Below the pieces are notes generated by a model. The model was not told where the DNA came from, did no database searches, and worked only from the letters and a program-made list of their open reading frames with translations. This document shows positions 38,358 through 47,502 of a stretch of 64,000 nt of DNA, in pieces (position 1 is the first letter of the stretch; the number at the start of each line of letters is the position of its first letter). The translations under genes and the position numbers were made by a program. Origin of the DNA: Desulfurococcales archaeon (GTDB lineage Archaea > Thermoproteota > Thermoprotei_A > Sulfolobales > Desulfurococcaceae); contig JAMOVL010000065.1 in assembly GCA_027067785.1 (NCBI GenBank), positions 16,086 to 80,085 on the forward strand. The letters run 5' to 3'.

Positions 38358-39377
38358 CTACTCATGTAATTTCTTTATAACACGGACAGTATCAAAACCA
38401 TGGCGAAGAACAACTATCACACGATCGAAGGCTAGTGGGGAGTCAGACATACATTCTATCAGGATCGAAGCTATTTTCTCTGCAATTCTTCGTATCTTCT
38501 CGTATTTCCTGATGAACCCTACACGGGTAACATTTGTTTCAAGAACATAAGCACTGCCGTTATAGGATAATGATGAATAAGACACTCCTATTCCTTCAAC
38601 TTCTGCTAGTTCGACTAGCCGATTACTCAGATCAAGTACTTTATCCGACAACCGTAACGCTAGATATACATTCATAGGCTTCTTCGTGCCAGTGATTTCT
38701 TTTTCTTCAGGTACTTCCTTCCTCGTATCCGAGGCGACAAATTTTGGTGGAACGAAGCCAGGAGGTAAAGGTCGTCGAGGTAATACTTTTGTCTTATCAA
38801 GCGATGTCTCAACAGGAATAGTTGACGCTATAGGTATATTTAGCTGCGTTGTCTCAGCGTAAGCATCAACTTTCGTAATAGTCTTTGTTTTCTTCTCAAC
38901 TTGTTGCTCTTTTAATTTTGACTCTGATGATCCACCGAAATCCTCTAGTTTTAGGTATTTCTTAACGAATTCGGATGGAAGTAGTGTTTCTTCAATAATT
39001 ATATGCGAATAGACATTGTTGTTAACATTATATGACAATTGCTCAAGAAGCTTTGAGCCATAGAGCCTCTGACCATTGATCTCGCCATGTGCACCTATGA
39101 CGACACCATTACATAGGAGAATAACCACTTCATCCCAACTACTTGTTCTACGCTTGAGGTTTATCCTGTTAAAAATACATGTGTTCTTAGATTTTTCAGC
39201 GAGCATTTTGAATACGTGAGGGATCTTATCGCCAATAACTCTTTCTATTCCTTGAAAAATACCTTCTAGAGTGATATGTGCTTCAAAAGAACTAGATGAA
39301 ATCTTCTTGCTTAACTCGTCCAGTTTTTCATGAACTCTTATCTCTACGAGTTCTTCGCCTGACAAAATCCACACCAT
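38358..39377 (-). CDS. hypothetical two-domain protein with a charged linker
   Basis: 339-aa ORF. The N- and C-terminal globular parts are joined by a K/E/T/P-rich segment (KLKEQQVEKKTKTITK...PPGFVPPKF...EEKEITGTKKP). No motif recognised. Confidence 0.55.
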   Translation of the reverse strand: MVWILSGEELVEIRVHEKLDELSKKISSSSFEAHITLEGIFQGIERVIGDKIPHVFKMLAEKSKNTCIFNRINLKRRTSSWDEVVILLCNGVVIGAHGEINGQRLYGSKLLEQLSYNVNNNVYSHIIIEETLLPSEFVKKYLKLEDFGGSSESKLKEQQVEKKTKTITKVDAYAETTQLNIPIASTIPVETSLDKTKVLPRRPLPPGFVPPKFVASDTRKEVPEEKEITGTKKPMNVYLALRLSDKVLDLSNRLVELAEVEGIGVSYSSLSYNGSAYVLETNVTRVGFIRKYEKIRRIAEKIASILIECMSDSPLAFDRVIVVLRHGFDTVRVIKKLHE

Positions 39378-39538
39378 AAATATTCAAATATATTTGTTCA
39401 ATGACGGTATTTATTTTCATTTATTATTAATACGTAGCGTTGCAATATAAAATGTGAAAAACATTTAAGATAATTAATACCGGATTAATACATATACTTT
39501 ATACCTTACTACTTCTTATCAATTCTAATACCTTGTAA

Positions 39539-39603
39539 GATCAGCCAATCGACCCCTCTTCATAGCGTAAAGATAACTCCGACTATGTCGGCCTCATCAT
39601 CCA
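39539..39603 (-). ncRNA. C/D box sRNA candidate 3
   Basis: Read on the minus strand: C AUGAUGA (39600-39594), a 12-nt spacer, D' CGGA (39581-39578), a 14-nt loop, C' AUGAAGA (39563-39557), a 12-nt spacer, D CUGA (39544-39541). It lies in an AT-rich 270-bp intergenic region. Confidence 0.55.
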
Positions 39604-39648
39604 ATCATCAAAATGGATTTACAAGCCTAATATTGTTTTGTCAAACTA

Positions 39649-40083
39649 TCAGGTTTCAACAAATACTTTGTTACCCCCTCTCCGCTTAATTGATCTTAGA
39701 ATTTTTAACGCCCTACTTCTACCAGGTGTTCCATAATACGCTTCTCTCCTATTTCTAGCAGGCTTACAGAGAACATAGTCTCTTAAAACTACTATCGTTA
39801 TTGATCCGCCGAGCTGATTTATCGCTCTACGTATTTGCTCCAGATCTCTCACTATACCATCTATTTCGCCAGGCATAGGTATCTCTATGATTACTTCTTC
39901 CGTCCCTCTTTCAAAGTCCAGGCCGTAAATCACTACTCCACGCCATTTTACGGCGAAATCGTAGAACATTTGTGTCAATGTACCGGTTATATCGTTTGGC
40001 TTATACTCGTCCAGACCACGTGCCTCAACATACTCTTCAAATTTGTCAAGATCGGCCACAATTATTAGTCCTTCTACTAGCAA
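39649..40083 (-). CDS. hypothetical protein
   Basis: 144-aa ORF with a TTG start. IVADLDKFEEY...YGLDFERGTEE is faintly reminiscent of nucleotide-cyclase/GGDEF-type folds, but this is not convincing. Confidence 0.45.
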   Translation of the reverse strand: MLVEGLIIVADLDKFEEYVEARGLDEYKPNDITGTLTQMFYDFAVKWRGVVIYGLDFERGTEEVIIEIPMPGEIDGIVRDLEQIRRAINQLGGSITIVVLRDYVLCKPARNRREAYYGTPGRSRALKILRSIKRRGGNKVFVET

Positions 40084-40103
40084 CGAGGGATCACCAGCAA
40101 TAC

Positions 40104-40170
40104 GAGTCAGTGTGAGACTAGGGTCTTCATCCCCTATAGAAGGGTCTCAGGCTGCCCACGTCATCATTCA
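40104..40170 (-). ncRNA. C/D box sRNA candidate 4 (weaker)
   Basis: Read on the minus strand: C AUGAUGA (40167-40161), a 10-nt spacer, D' CUGA (40150-40147), a 16-nt loop able to form CCC/GGG, C' AUGAAGA (40130-40124), a 13-nt spacer, D CUGA (40110-40107). The spacers are non-ideal and the terminal stem is poor. Confidence 0.35.
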
Positions 40171-40207
40171 AAGAAAAGATTTTGTGTAAAGAGGCTTATT
40201 AGCCTGG

Positions 40208-40792
40208 TTATCCTCTCCTGGGAAATAGGCATTTTAGCTCGAGGAGCTTCTGAGCGATTTTTCGTACTGCTTCTTCTACTTCTCTCTCCTCCTTAGCTCC
40301 CGTGATCACCATTTTCCCGCTACTGAAGATCAAGAGTACTACTCTAGGGCTCCTCATACGGTGTATTAGGCCGGGGAACTGTTCGGGCTCATACATACTG
40401 TCTTCCAATAGATACGCCGCTCTCTCAAGGTTAACCATTGCATTAATGTCTCCACTCGCAACTATGTTCTGTATCTGTATCCTAGGCTTCGAGGTTATCT
40501 TTATCCCGTGTTTACGTAGAAGCTTTATTATTCTCTTAACAGCTTCTATGAGCTCGCTAGTGCTCTTAGCTCCCGTGACGACCATTTTTCCGGATTTAAA
40601 TATAAGGGCTGTTGTCTTCGGTCTCTCTAGCCGGAGGATAAGGCCTGGAAATTGGTCTGGCTGATAAGTTACGTTAGGTACTCTGCTCTCTATGAGGTTA
40701 AGGTCTAGTGTCTGGTCGAGTATAACGGTTGCAACTATGTTCTCTATCTTAGTTGTAGGGTTGAGTGAGATCTCTCCTTCCAGTCCACTCAT
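40208..40792 (-). CDS. tbp: TATA-box binding protein
   Basis: Two direct TBP repeats (ENIVATV...[15 protein letters not shown] and QNIVASG...[15 protein letters not shown]). 194 aa. Confidence 0.95.
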   Translation of the reverse strand: MSGLEGEISLNPTTKIENIVATVILDQTLDLNLIESRVPNVTYQPDQFPGLILRLERPKTTALIFKSGKMVVTGAKSTSELIEAVKRIIKLLRKHGIKITSKPRIQIQNIVASGDINAMVNLERAAYLLEDSMYEPEQFPGLIHRMRSPRVVLLIFSSGKMVITGAKEEREVEEAVRKIAQKLLELKCLFPRRG

Positions 40793-40863
40793 TTTATAAA
40801 TCCCCCGATTTAAAAAACAACCTCATAGTTTATAAACACTCCCATAGAACACACGACGATAAG

Positions 40864-40870
40864 TTTATAA
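40864..40870 (+). promoter_or_regulatory. TATA box candidate for the tRNA-Lys 5'-half transcript
   Basis: TTTATAA ends 33 nt upstream of tRNA position 1. This implies a short 5' leader of about 8-10 nt to be removed by RNase P. The region also holds the divergent tbp promoter. Confidence 0.4.
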
Positions 40871-40903
40871 CCAGAATACCCCTTAAGTTAGGGTTGAACT
40901 TAT

Positions 40904-40934
40904 GGGCCCGTAGCTCAGCCTGGTAGAGCGGCGG
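40904..40934 (+). tRNA. tRNA-Lys(CUU) 5' half (positions 1-30) of a split, trans-spliced tRNA gene
   Basis: GGGCCCG-UA-GCUC-AGCCUGGUA-GAGC-G-GCGG reads as 5' acceptor strand, a perfect D arm with G18G19, and the first 4 nt of the anticodon stem. It is then followed by non-tRNA sequence. The acceptor strand is exactly complementary to 37285-37291. Confidence 0.85.
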
Positions 40935-40952
40935 ATACCGGCCGGTCTCCCC
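40935..40952 (+). other. trailer of the tRNA-Lys 5' half: trans-pairing strand
   Basis: A (third nt of the GGA bulge) followed by UACCGGCCGGUCUCCCC, which is complementary to 37227-37243. Confidence 0.8.
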
Positions 40953-40971
40953 TCCTTAAACCTTTAAGCAT

Positions 40972-42729
40972 TCATACAGTAATGGAGAAATGCTTTATGA
41001 AGTAATCAATAATGCTTGAGATATATCCTACGAAGAAAGGCCCGAGGAATAAGTATCCTAGAAGGAGAACAGACGATAGTGGGGCATTCTTCTTAACGAT
41101 CTCTACAAGCTTGTACGCCGAATCATCTAGCAATGGAACAATGTGTTCGAAAGAAGCGTATTCTATTGGACTATAGGGGGGCTTTTCACTCTTTAATTTC
41201 TCCGCCAATATATTGATTCCTCTCATTAACTCCTTCGTCTCTAGTACAGGATAATATGTTGATGAAGAGTAAACTCCTGTTTCTGTGTGTTCATCATTTG
41301 TAAATACTACGACATACTTTGGATCAATACCTAGCTCTGACGAAATCTTATATCTGATCTTATCTGATAATCCTGGCTCCATGTTGTTTCCGGGTATATA
41401 AATCAATACGATGCGCTTAGCCTGTTCGCGCGGCCAGAGAAGATCTATACCGTATATTTTATCGCCTATCACGCCCAGCGATCTAATGTTTCTGACCTCA
41501 ACTATTCTCCCATACACCTCTTGTGGTTCCTCCTTACTGGATAGTTCTTCTAATCTCTGTATAACGAGTTCAAGGCCTTTCTTCAATGTATCAAAATTCA
41601 TAGGTTCTTCGACTTCGTGGTTGTGGCAGTCGATCAGTATTGTCTCAGACAATCCCTTATTCTCACATATCTTTTCGATCCATGTCTGGTACTCGTACGG
41701 AAGATCATCTATTCCTTTAGTCCTAGAAATGAATACAAGATTTAAACTTGTGAAAGGTATAACTAGGAATTCCCATCCGTCTTCTATACTTATGCTGAAT
41801 GGACTATAGCTTTTGATTTTCTGAAACCTGCATTTTTGCTTTATACACTCTAGTATTTTTTCGGCATATTGTCTTGCCTGCTCGTATGATGGGATATCCC
41901 TATCATGGCTCCCAGCCCCATGAAGAGTCAGTACAGGTTTTTCCGAAAGTTCTTCTAGGATTCTCGGAAACATACTGCTACCAACATTTGAGAATGGGCC
42001 ATAATGGATATCAGTGTATACTAGGTAACCATCACCAATTTTCAGTATTCTAGGCTTAACCTTCTGCTCTACACTGATCTCGCTGAAAACCTTCTCTATA
42101 GTCCTGTCCCTATCAAGCCAGTTTTTCACGAAAAGCGTCCCGAGATCTGGTGCTGGATATCCTGCTAACTTGTGTATCGACATAACCTTATAGATTACAT
42201 AATCGAGAAGCACTGCGAGAAATACTCCAATGAATAGTATCGCGTCGAGACCATAATAGATCAAATATGTAACTATTACTGGTATAGTGGCTACTACATA
42301 ATTCCTGATCGATGTACCATTTATTCCGAGCACGATAATGATTAGAAAGATACTTGAAGCTATGAGCCCGTATCTTGGCCCCAATATAAACATTAGTATC
42401 AAAGAATACATCTCGACTAAGAGGCCCGTCATCAATATTCTGTTAGCGTATCTCAATGGACCATTGAAAATTTTTGAATAGACAAGTATTATCATAACAG
42501 TCAATACGTAGAGTGAGAAAGCCGTAAAGAGAACTTGCTTATTGAGAAGGTAGGCAATTATATTGATCACAATAGTTGTTACTACAATAGATGGTATGCT
42601 TGGAAGCTTGAAGAGAACCGCATAATATTTCTCCAGCCCTGTCTTCGGCTTATAGACCAATTCTGCTTCACACCGTCTTCGTATTTCACTAGGTATTGGC
42701 GGCCGCAAGGCCCCCCTTCTCATCCCCAT
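40972..42729 (-). CDS. polytopic membrane protein with a large cytoplasmic C-terminal domain (DUF2070-like, tentative)
   Basis: 585-aa ORF. There are about 6 TM segments in the first 190 aa and one at the extreme C-terminus. No catalytic motif recognised. Confidence 0.55.
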   Translation of the reverse strand: MGMRRGALRPPIPSEIRRRCEAELVYKPKTGLEKYYAVLFKLPSIPSIVVTTIVINIIAYLLNKQVLFTAFSLYVLTVMIILVYSKIFNGPLRYANRILMTGLLVEMYSLILMFILGPRYGLIASSIFLIIIVLGINGTSIRNYVVATIPVIVTYLIYYGLDAILFIGVFLAVLLDYVIYKVMSIHKLAGYPAPDLGTLFVKNWLDRDRTIEKVFSEISVEQKVKPRILKIGDGYLVYTDIHYGPFSNVGSSMFPRILEELSEKPVLTLHGAGSHDRDIPSYEQARQYAEKILECIKQKCRFQKIKSYSPFSISIEDGWEFLVIPFTSLNLVFISRTKGIDDLPYEYQTWIEKICENKGLSETILIDCHNHEVEEPMNFDTLKKGLELVIQRLEELSSKEEPQEVYGRIVEVRNIRSLGVIGDKIYGIDLLWPREQAKRIVLIYIPGNNMEPGLSDKIRYKISSELGIDPKYVVVFTNDEHTETGVYSSSTYYPVLETKELMRGINILAEKLKSEKPPYSPIEYASFEHIVPLLDDSAYKLVEIVKKNAPLSSVLLLGYLFLGPFFVGYISSIIDYFIKHFSITV

Positions 42730-42840
42730 ACTCCCGGTACGGGTGTTCGTCGAAGGGGGTTCCCACCCATTTTCTTAGTGAATAAGCGGGTTCTTATTAT
42801 CATTTATTATTGTTATTGTTATGTTTTTCCGATTAAACGA

Positions 42841-43614
42841 TTATGTGAGATCACCGCATGAACATGCAACTTCGTGAATATAGTAGTGGAGATCCTCTAT
42901 GCTGTGGGGATCATTTATGGATACGAGTACAGGCCTGTAAGCACCACGGGTTTTGACAGCTATCGATACAAGATCAGGTACTATATCTGATATTATGCCC
43001 TCATAGTCAGAAATGTTTTCAAGGAGTTTTTCAGGGCTTGATATAAGTCTAGTAATAATTTCTTTCTTATCACCGCTCAGTATATCGGCCTTTGTTACGA
43101 CTGGGACTACGTCTAGCCCTATCTTGATCTGAAGCAGTATTCCGAGGAACCACATCGTAATAGCGTCGGCCGCGGTTTCGATTAAGCTGGAGTCTATAAG
43201 GTAAACTATAACAGTTCTCCCTATTTCGTAGAACTTGTTGAGAAGAATCCTTGTTTCAGGCTGAAATATAAAGGCTTCAAGCTGCCCTGGAGTATCAATT
43301 ATTATTACATCCCAATCCTCTGGGCTATTGAATGGTTTTTCAGCCATGAACTCATCTATTTTCTGCGAGATAATCTGTACAGCTTTTACGAACGCACCAT
43401 TAGGCCCTAGACTGTACCTACTCATTATTTCTCTGAGCGTGAAATACCGCCTTATATCAAAACATGGATTGTAAGGTAGACTCTCAGTACCCGGATCAAA
43501 ATTTGCCTGGCAAACGTTGAGAAATAAAGTTGTTCTAAGCCAATCACCATAGGCTCTCGTCAAACTGGTTTTACCTGAGCCCGCAGGCCCTGTAAAGACA
43601 ACTATGTATGTCAT
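42841..43614 (-). CDS. GPN-loop GTPase
   Basis: Walker A GPAGSGKTS, the GPN motif in SLGPNGA, DTPGQLE (G3) and TKADIL (G4-like). The track start at 43641 is probably over-extended. Confidence 0.85.
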   Translation of the reverse strand: MTYIVVFTGPAGSGKTSLTRAYGDWLRTTLFLNVCQANFDPGTESLPYNPCFDIRRYFTLREIMSRYSLGPNGAFVKAVQIISQKIDEFMAEKPFNSPEDWDVIIIDTPGQLEAFIFQPETRILLNKFYEIGRTVIVYLIDSSLIETAADAITMWFLGILLQIKIGLDVVPVVTKADILSGDKKEIITRLISSPEKLLENISDYEGIISDIVPDLVSIAVKTRGAYRPVLVSINDPHSIEDLHYYIHEVACSCGDLT

Positions 43615-43732
43615 AACAATCTCCCCATGTAATGAAACCATTGATCCAGCAGGCTCTTATATTCGCATATTCAAGTAAGGATTAGTCCGAAACCGTGAAA
43701 ACAGGTTTCGAGTATGTTGTTTAAAAATATGA

Positions 43733-45556
43733 TTACATTATCTTCTTGAGCTGCCTCTTATACATTTCAAGGAGTTCTTGACTAGTAGTTGCATCCTCCG
43801 GTGATTTATCAGGCCTCCACCTTATGAATCTCGGGAATCTTATAGATATGCCTACTCCAGGCTTTATCTTATCCAGACAACAAGTATGTAGCGGGCTAAG
43901 CGTGAGCTCCGCTCCTATGATCTCCGCGACTAGTGCCGGCGTAACCCATACATCAGGCTGCATCTTAGATATTACCCGTGGATGCTTCCTCTCGATAATA
44001 TAGGGTTGTAGCATTTCCGGAAGCCTATCGAGGTCTTCGTCTTTAAAGCCACTACCAACCTTACATACTGTTTCGAACACATCTTTCTCAGGGTTATACG
44101 ATGCCATTAGGAGCGCGCCGAACTTACCGCCTCTACGTCCCCTACCATAGAAAGCACCTACAACAACCAGATCAACCGTGTCTATCATCTCGCTCTTATA
44201 GTCACGCTTATACTTAATCCATAGCCAACCCCTTGTACCTGCCTGGTATATGGAGCGCTCATGCAGTGCTTTTACCATAACTCCTTCGGCTCCATCCTCG
44301 ATCGCTTTTAGGAAGAACTTCTCTAGTTCATCGGGATCGCTTGTCTCGATGTACTCTGCAAGCCTGAATACCTCTGTTTCCTCTATTATCTCCTTAAGCT
44401 TCTGTCTTCTAACTGGTAGGGGTTTCATAGTATAGTCTTCTCCGTCAGCGTAGAGTAGATCAAATAAGAACACCTTTACAGGATACTCCCTGATCGCTAT
44501 ATGTATGTCGTGCTTTCTCTTCCTATGCATTAATTCCTGGAAAGGCCTTAGCTCGCCAGTCTCGGGGTCATAAGCTACTATTTCTCCCTCAACTATAGCT
44601 TGTTTAGCCTTGATGTATTTGCGTGCATACTCTACTACATCAGGGTATTGCCTTGTTATGTTCTCAAGTCTCCTCGAGTATATCCAGATCTTGTCTCCAT
44701 CCTTATGGATCTGGGCTCTCTCTCCATCATACTTATACTCAACATAAGCACGTCCACCGACTTTCTTAAGCATTTCAACAGGATTATTCAGCCTCTCGGC
44801 AAGCATTGGTCTTATAGGTATACCAACCTGCGGCTTGATGTTCTTGAGAGCATCTATTCCCTGCGTGGCCAGGATCTTGGCGACATTGCCGAGGTCCGCC
44901 CGTAAATTATATGCCCTCTCAATAATAGGCCTTGTATGAGCTCCCCCACCATAAACAATGGCTAGAGCATCCATTATCGTTGCATCACCGATACCGAGTC
45001 TTAGCCTTCCTTCAACGAACCTAACAATGTATTTTGCCTCCTTGGGCGTAGCTTCACTGATCAGACCCGCCAATAGTTTGAGCTTTATATCCCTACTACC
45101 TTCTCCCTGCGCCATAGCTATCCGTGCCAATGTCTCATAGACACGTAGAACAGTTAGTTCTCTGCGAACAGATACGAAGGAAAGTATTGATGCTTTAGAC
45201 ATAACTTTCTCTGCCTTAGCACGTAGTTTCTCGGCAGCCTTACCAAGGTCTCCCAAGGTCTTATAGAGCTTTTCCACCTCAGACTCCGTCGAATTAGTTG
45301 CTAACGCGATAGCCTTTATCAGCATCTTCTCTCCTACACCCAGCTCCGGCATACCGTACCAGTCCGGCCATAACTTTCCCTGGAGAAGGTAGACCACTTT
45401 ATCAATAATAGATGGAGGCGTCTGCTTGAATAGGTTAACGAGCAGTACAGTCATCTGCGTCCTCGACGAGATAACCTCGATCTTCTCAAATGTCTCCGCC
45501 AAAACTCTGAATGGCATATCCTCTTTTGCCGTGTCCTTATCAGCCATTATACTCAC
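43733..45556 (-). CDS. lig: ATP-dependent DNA ligase
   Basis: Adenylation motif [11 protein letters not shown], motif III FLFDLLY, motif IV EGVMVK, motif V WIKYKRDY and an OB-fold C-terminus. 607 aa. Confidence 0.95.
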   Translation of the reverse strand: MSIMADKDTAKEDMPFRVLAETFEKIEVISSRTQMTVLLVNLFKQTPPSIIDKVVYLLQGKLWPDWYGMPELGVGEKMLIKAIALATNSTESEVEKLYKTLGDLGKAAEKLRAKAEKVMSKASILSFVSVRRELTVLRVYETLARIAMAQGEGSRDIKLKLLAGLISEATPKEAKYIVRFVEGRLRLGIGDATIMDALAIVYGGGAHTRPIIERAYNLRADLGNVAKILATQGIDALKNIKPQVGIPIRPMLAERLNNPVEMLKKVGGRAYVEYKYDGERAQIHKDGDKIWIYSRRLENITRQYPDVVEYARKYIKAKQAIVEGEIVAYDPETGELRPFQELMHRKRKHDIHIAIREYPVKVFLFDLLYADGEDYTMKPLPVRRQKLKEIIEETEVFRLAEYIETSDPDELEKFFLKAIEDGAEGVMVKALHERSIYQAGTRGWLWIKYKRDYKSEMIDTVDLVVVGAFYGRGRRGGKFGALLMASYNPEKDVFETVCKVGSGFKDEDLDRLPEMLQPYIIERKHPRVISKMQPDVWVTPALVAEIIGAELTLSPLHTCCLDKIKPGVGISIRFPRFIRWRPDKSPEDATTSQELLEMYKRQLKKIM

Positions 45557-45678
45557 CTAATATTATTCTTGTTTCTCAATAGATAAAAGAAGCAGGTGCC
45601 AATCAAAGATCATTGGGAAACAGTACAGTTACCCAGAGTTATTATAATAAGGTTAGAAAATAGTAACAAGTAATTAGA

Positions 45679-45737
45679 CCGATGAAGACACCCGGCAAAG
45701 ATGAGCACAGCTATGATTAATCAGTGTTACACTGAGG
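45679..45737 (+). ncRNA. C/D box sRNA candidate 5
   Basis: C AUGAAGA (45682-45688), a 12-nt spacer, D' AUGA (45701-45704), an 8-nt loop, C' AUGAUUA (45713-45719), a 12-nt spacer, D CUGA (45732-45735). Flanking CC...GG. It ends 8 nt before the ATG at 45745. Confidence 0.5.
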
Positions 45738-45744
45738 ATGAACC

Positions 45745-47502
45745 ATGAAAACCCCAAAAACATTATCACTAATCCTCGTGTTCCTGCTTCTCCTATCAAC
45801 AAGCCTTCCTTCACTACTAGTAGCGTCGACACAAACCCCTATTCGTGTCGAGAAAATAATGTTAGCAGCTGTCACAGAAAATAAGACAGGGATCATTATA
45901 CCTACAACCATCGAAGTATTCCCAGGCAATGGAAACATACAGATAATTGATCAGGGAGGGAAAGTATCGGAATCAACCATATCCTCTATAAGATACGCAT
46001 TGAGCGTAGCATCGATAATCACTGGGAGAACAGGTTCATCATATGATTATAGGATAATATTTCCTAAAGACACGGATATCTCTGGAACCAGCGCAACACT
46101 ACCATTCACAATAGTGTTCTCCGCTATATTGACCAATACTCCGATTCGACACGACTACTCCGCAACAGGCATACTAATGCCCAACGGAATAGTGGGAAAC
46201 GTGTCAGGAATATATTTGAAATACAATGCTGCAATCCTCAATAATATCGAATTGTTCATTGGACCATACATAAAGAGCTCTCCTGGAACAAACTATTTCC
46301 CCGTGGCAACAACGTATAAGGCATACGATCTTGTGACTAAGACGGGCCTGCTGGGTAGGACAAATCATATCATTATACCTTCATCCATAGATTTCCAAAA
46401 CTATTTTATCAACGCAACTAAAGAATTCCAAAACCTTACAAAGAATATATTATCAATAACTCCTACAGCATATGAAAGCCTCGCCTGGAAATTCTACAGG
46501 CTAAGCATAAAGTATTCAAAAATGAACGACTGGTATACAGCTGCCAGCTATGGTTTCAGATCATACATGGAGGCTCTTTTAGGCCGCTCACTATATCTTC
46601 AAGAGAAAAATCCTGATATGTATAAGGTATGGGTCGGGAAGCTCGAATCCTGGTATCTCGGAAACCTAACGTTGGCAAAGAAGAACATGTATAGGCTCGG
46701 AAACTATACATACCAGCATCTAAACCTATGGAATATCGATCTCTACGTAAACACGTTTATCAGGTACTCCATAGCCTTATCATCCTACCAGTTATTCAGA
46801 GCCACACACTCAATAACACAATTAGTAGTTGCCCTAACAAGAATTATGACCGCAAAACAATGGGGAAGTATAGAGACAATAAATACACAGACCCTTACCT
46901 ACAACGAACTGCTTCAAACATACAAAATGCTATACAGATACACTAATACATCAATCAATTATTTCGTCAGTATGAAATACATAAGCAACACAACATCATC
47001 CATTCTCAAATCAATAGAACACAGCGAAAACGACTTAGTAAAACTAGGCAAATTGATTTACATACAATATCTGTTAACCGATGACTTATTATCGCTACAG
47101 CCCCCAGTATTTGCTCCGTATTTAACACCCGATTATATCTTAGAGCTAAACAAAACAGTTTCAAAACTAGCAAATTACCTATTTTACATGTCAGGTACAC
47201 CTGTTCTCTCAGCGATGACAACCATAGATGTTGCTAGAGCTTATGCTGTCGAGATGGAGAATATAACGGTCATAGATGGACTACTTGTTTCTGAATTAAC
47301 ACTACTAACAATGTATAAAGCATTCTTCATAAACCCTGTTTACTCACCGCTACAACAATACAGTAGCTCCGAGGCCAACGTTGAAACACAGGTTATTACA
47401 GGCACTCCTACTTATGAGACCCTATTCTACGCGATCGCCATAGTACTCATATCACTAGGAGCGTTCCTAGCCGGATTTTCGATCAGAAAATACCTAGACT
47501 AG
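45745..47502 (+). CDS. secreted, C-terminally anchored protein with a Lon-protease-like (S16) domain and no AAA+ module
   Basis: Signal peptide MKTPKTLSLILVFLLLLS. FPKDTDISGTSATLPFTIVFSAIL...YSATGILMPNGIVGNVSGIYLKYNAAI parallels the Lon proteolytic domain (PKDGPSAG...AMTGEI.L.G.V..IGG..EK..AA), with the Ser and Lys positions retained. C-terminal TM FYAIAIVLISLGAFLAGF. Confidence 0.6.
   Translation: MKTPKTLSLILVFLLLLSTSLPSLLVASTQTPIRVEKIMLAAVTENKTGIIIPTTIEVFPGNGNIQIIDQGGKVSESTISSIRYALSVASIITGRTGSSYDYRIIFPKDTDISGTSATLPFTIVFSAILTNTPIRHDYSATGILMPNGIVGNVSGIYLKYNAAILNNIELFIGPYIKSSPGTNYFPVATTYKAYDLVTKTGLLGRTNHIIIPSSIDFQNYFINATKEFQNLTKNILSITPTAYESLAWKFYRLSIKYSKMNDWYTAASYGFRSYMEALLGRSLYLQEKNPDMYKVWVGKLESWYLGNLTLAKKNMYRLGNYTYQHLNLWNIDLYVNTFIRYSIALSSYQLFRATHSITQLVVALTRIMTAKQWGSIETINTQTLTYNELLQTYKMLYRYTNTSINYFVSMKYISNTTSSILKSIEHSENDLVKLGKLIYIQYLLTDDLLSLQPPVFAPYLTPDYILELNKTVSKLANYLFYMSGTPVLSAMTTIDVARAYAVEMENITVIDGLLVSELTLLTMYKAFFINPVYSPLQQYSSSEANVETQVITGTPTYETLFYAIAIVLISLGAFLAGFSIRKYLD

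Noticed and set aside
43688-43710. A 7-bp hairpin, CGAAACC-N9-GGTTTCG, between the ligase and GPN GTPase genes.
   Set aside because: It is short and isolated. It could be a minor terminator element, but nothing distinguishes it from chance.
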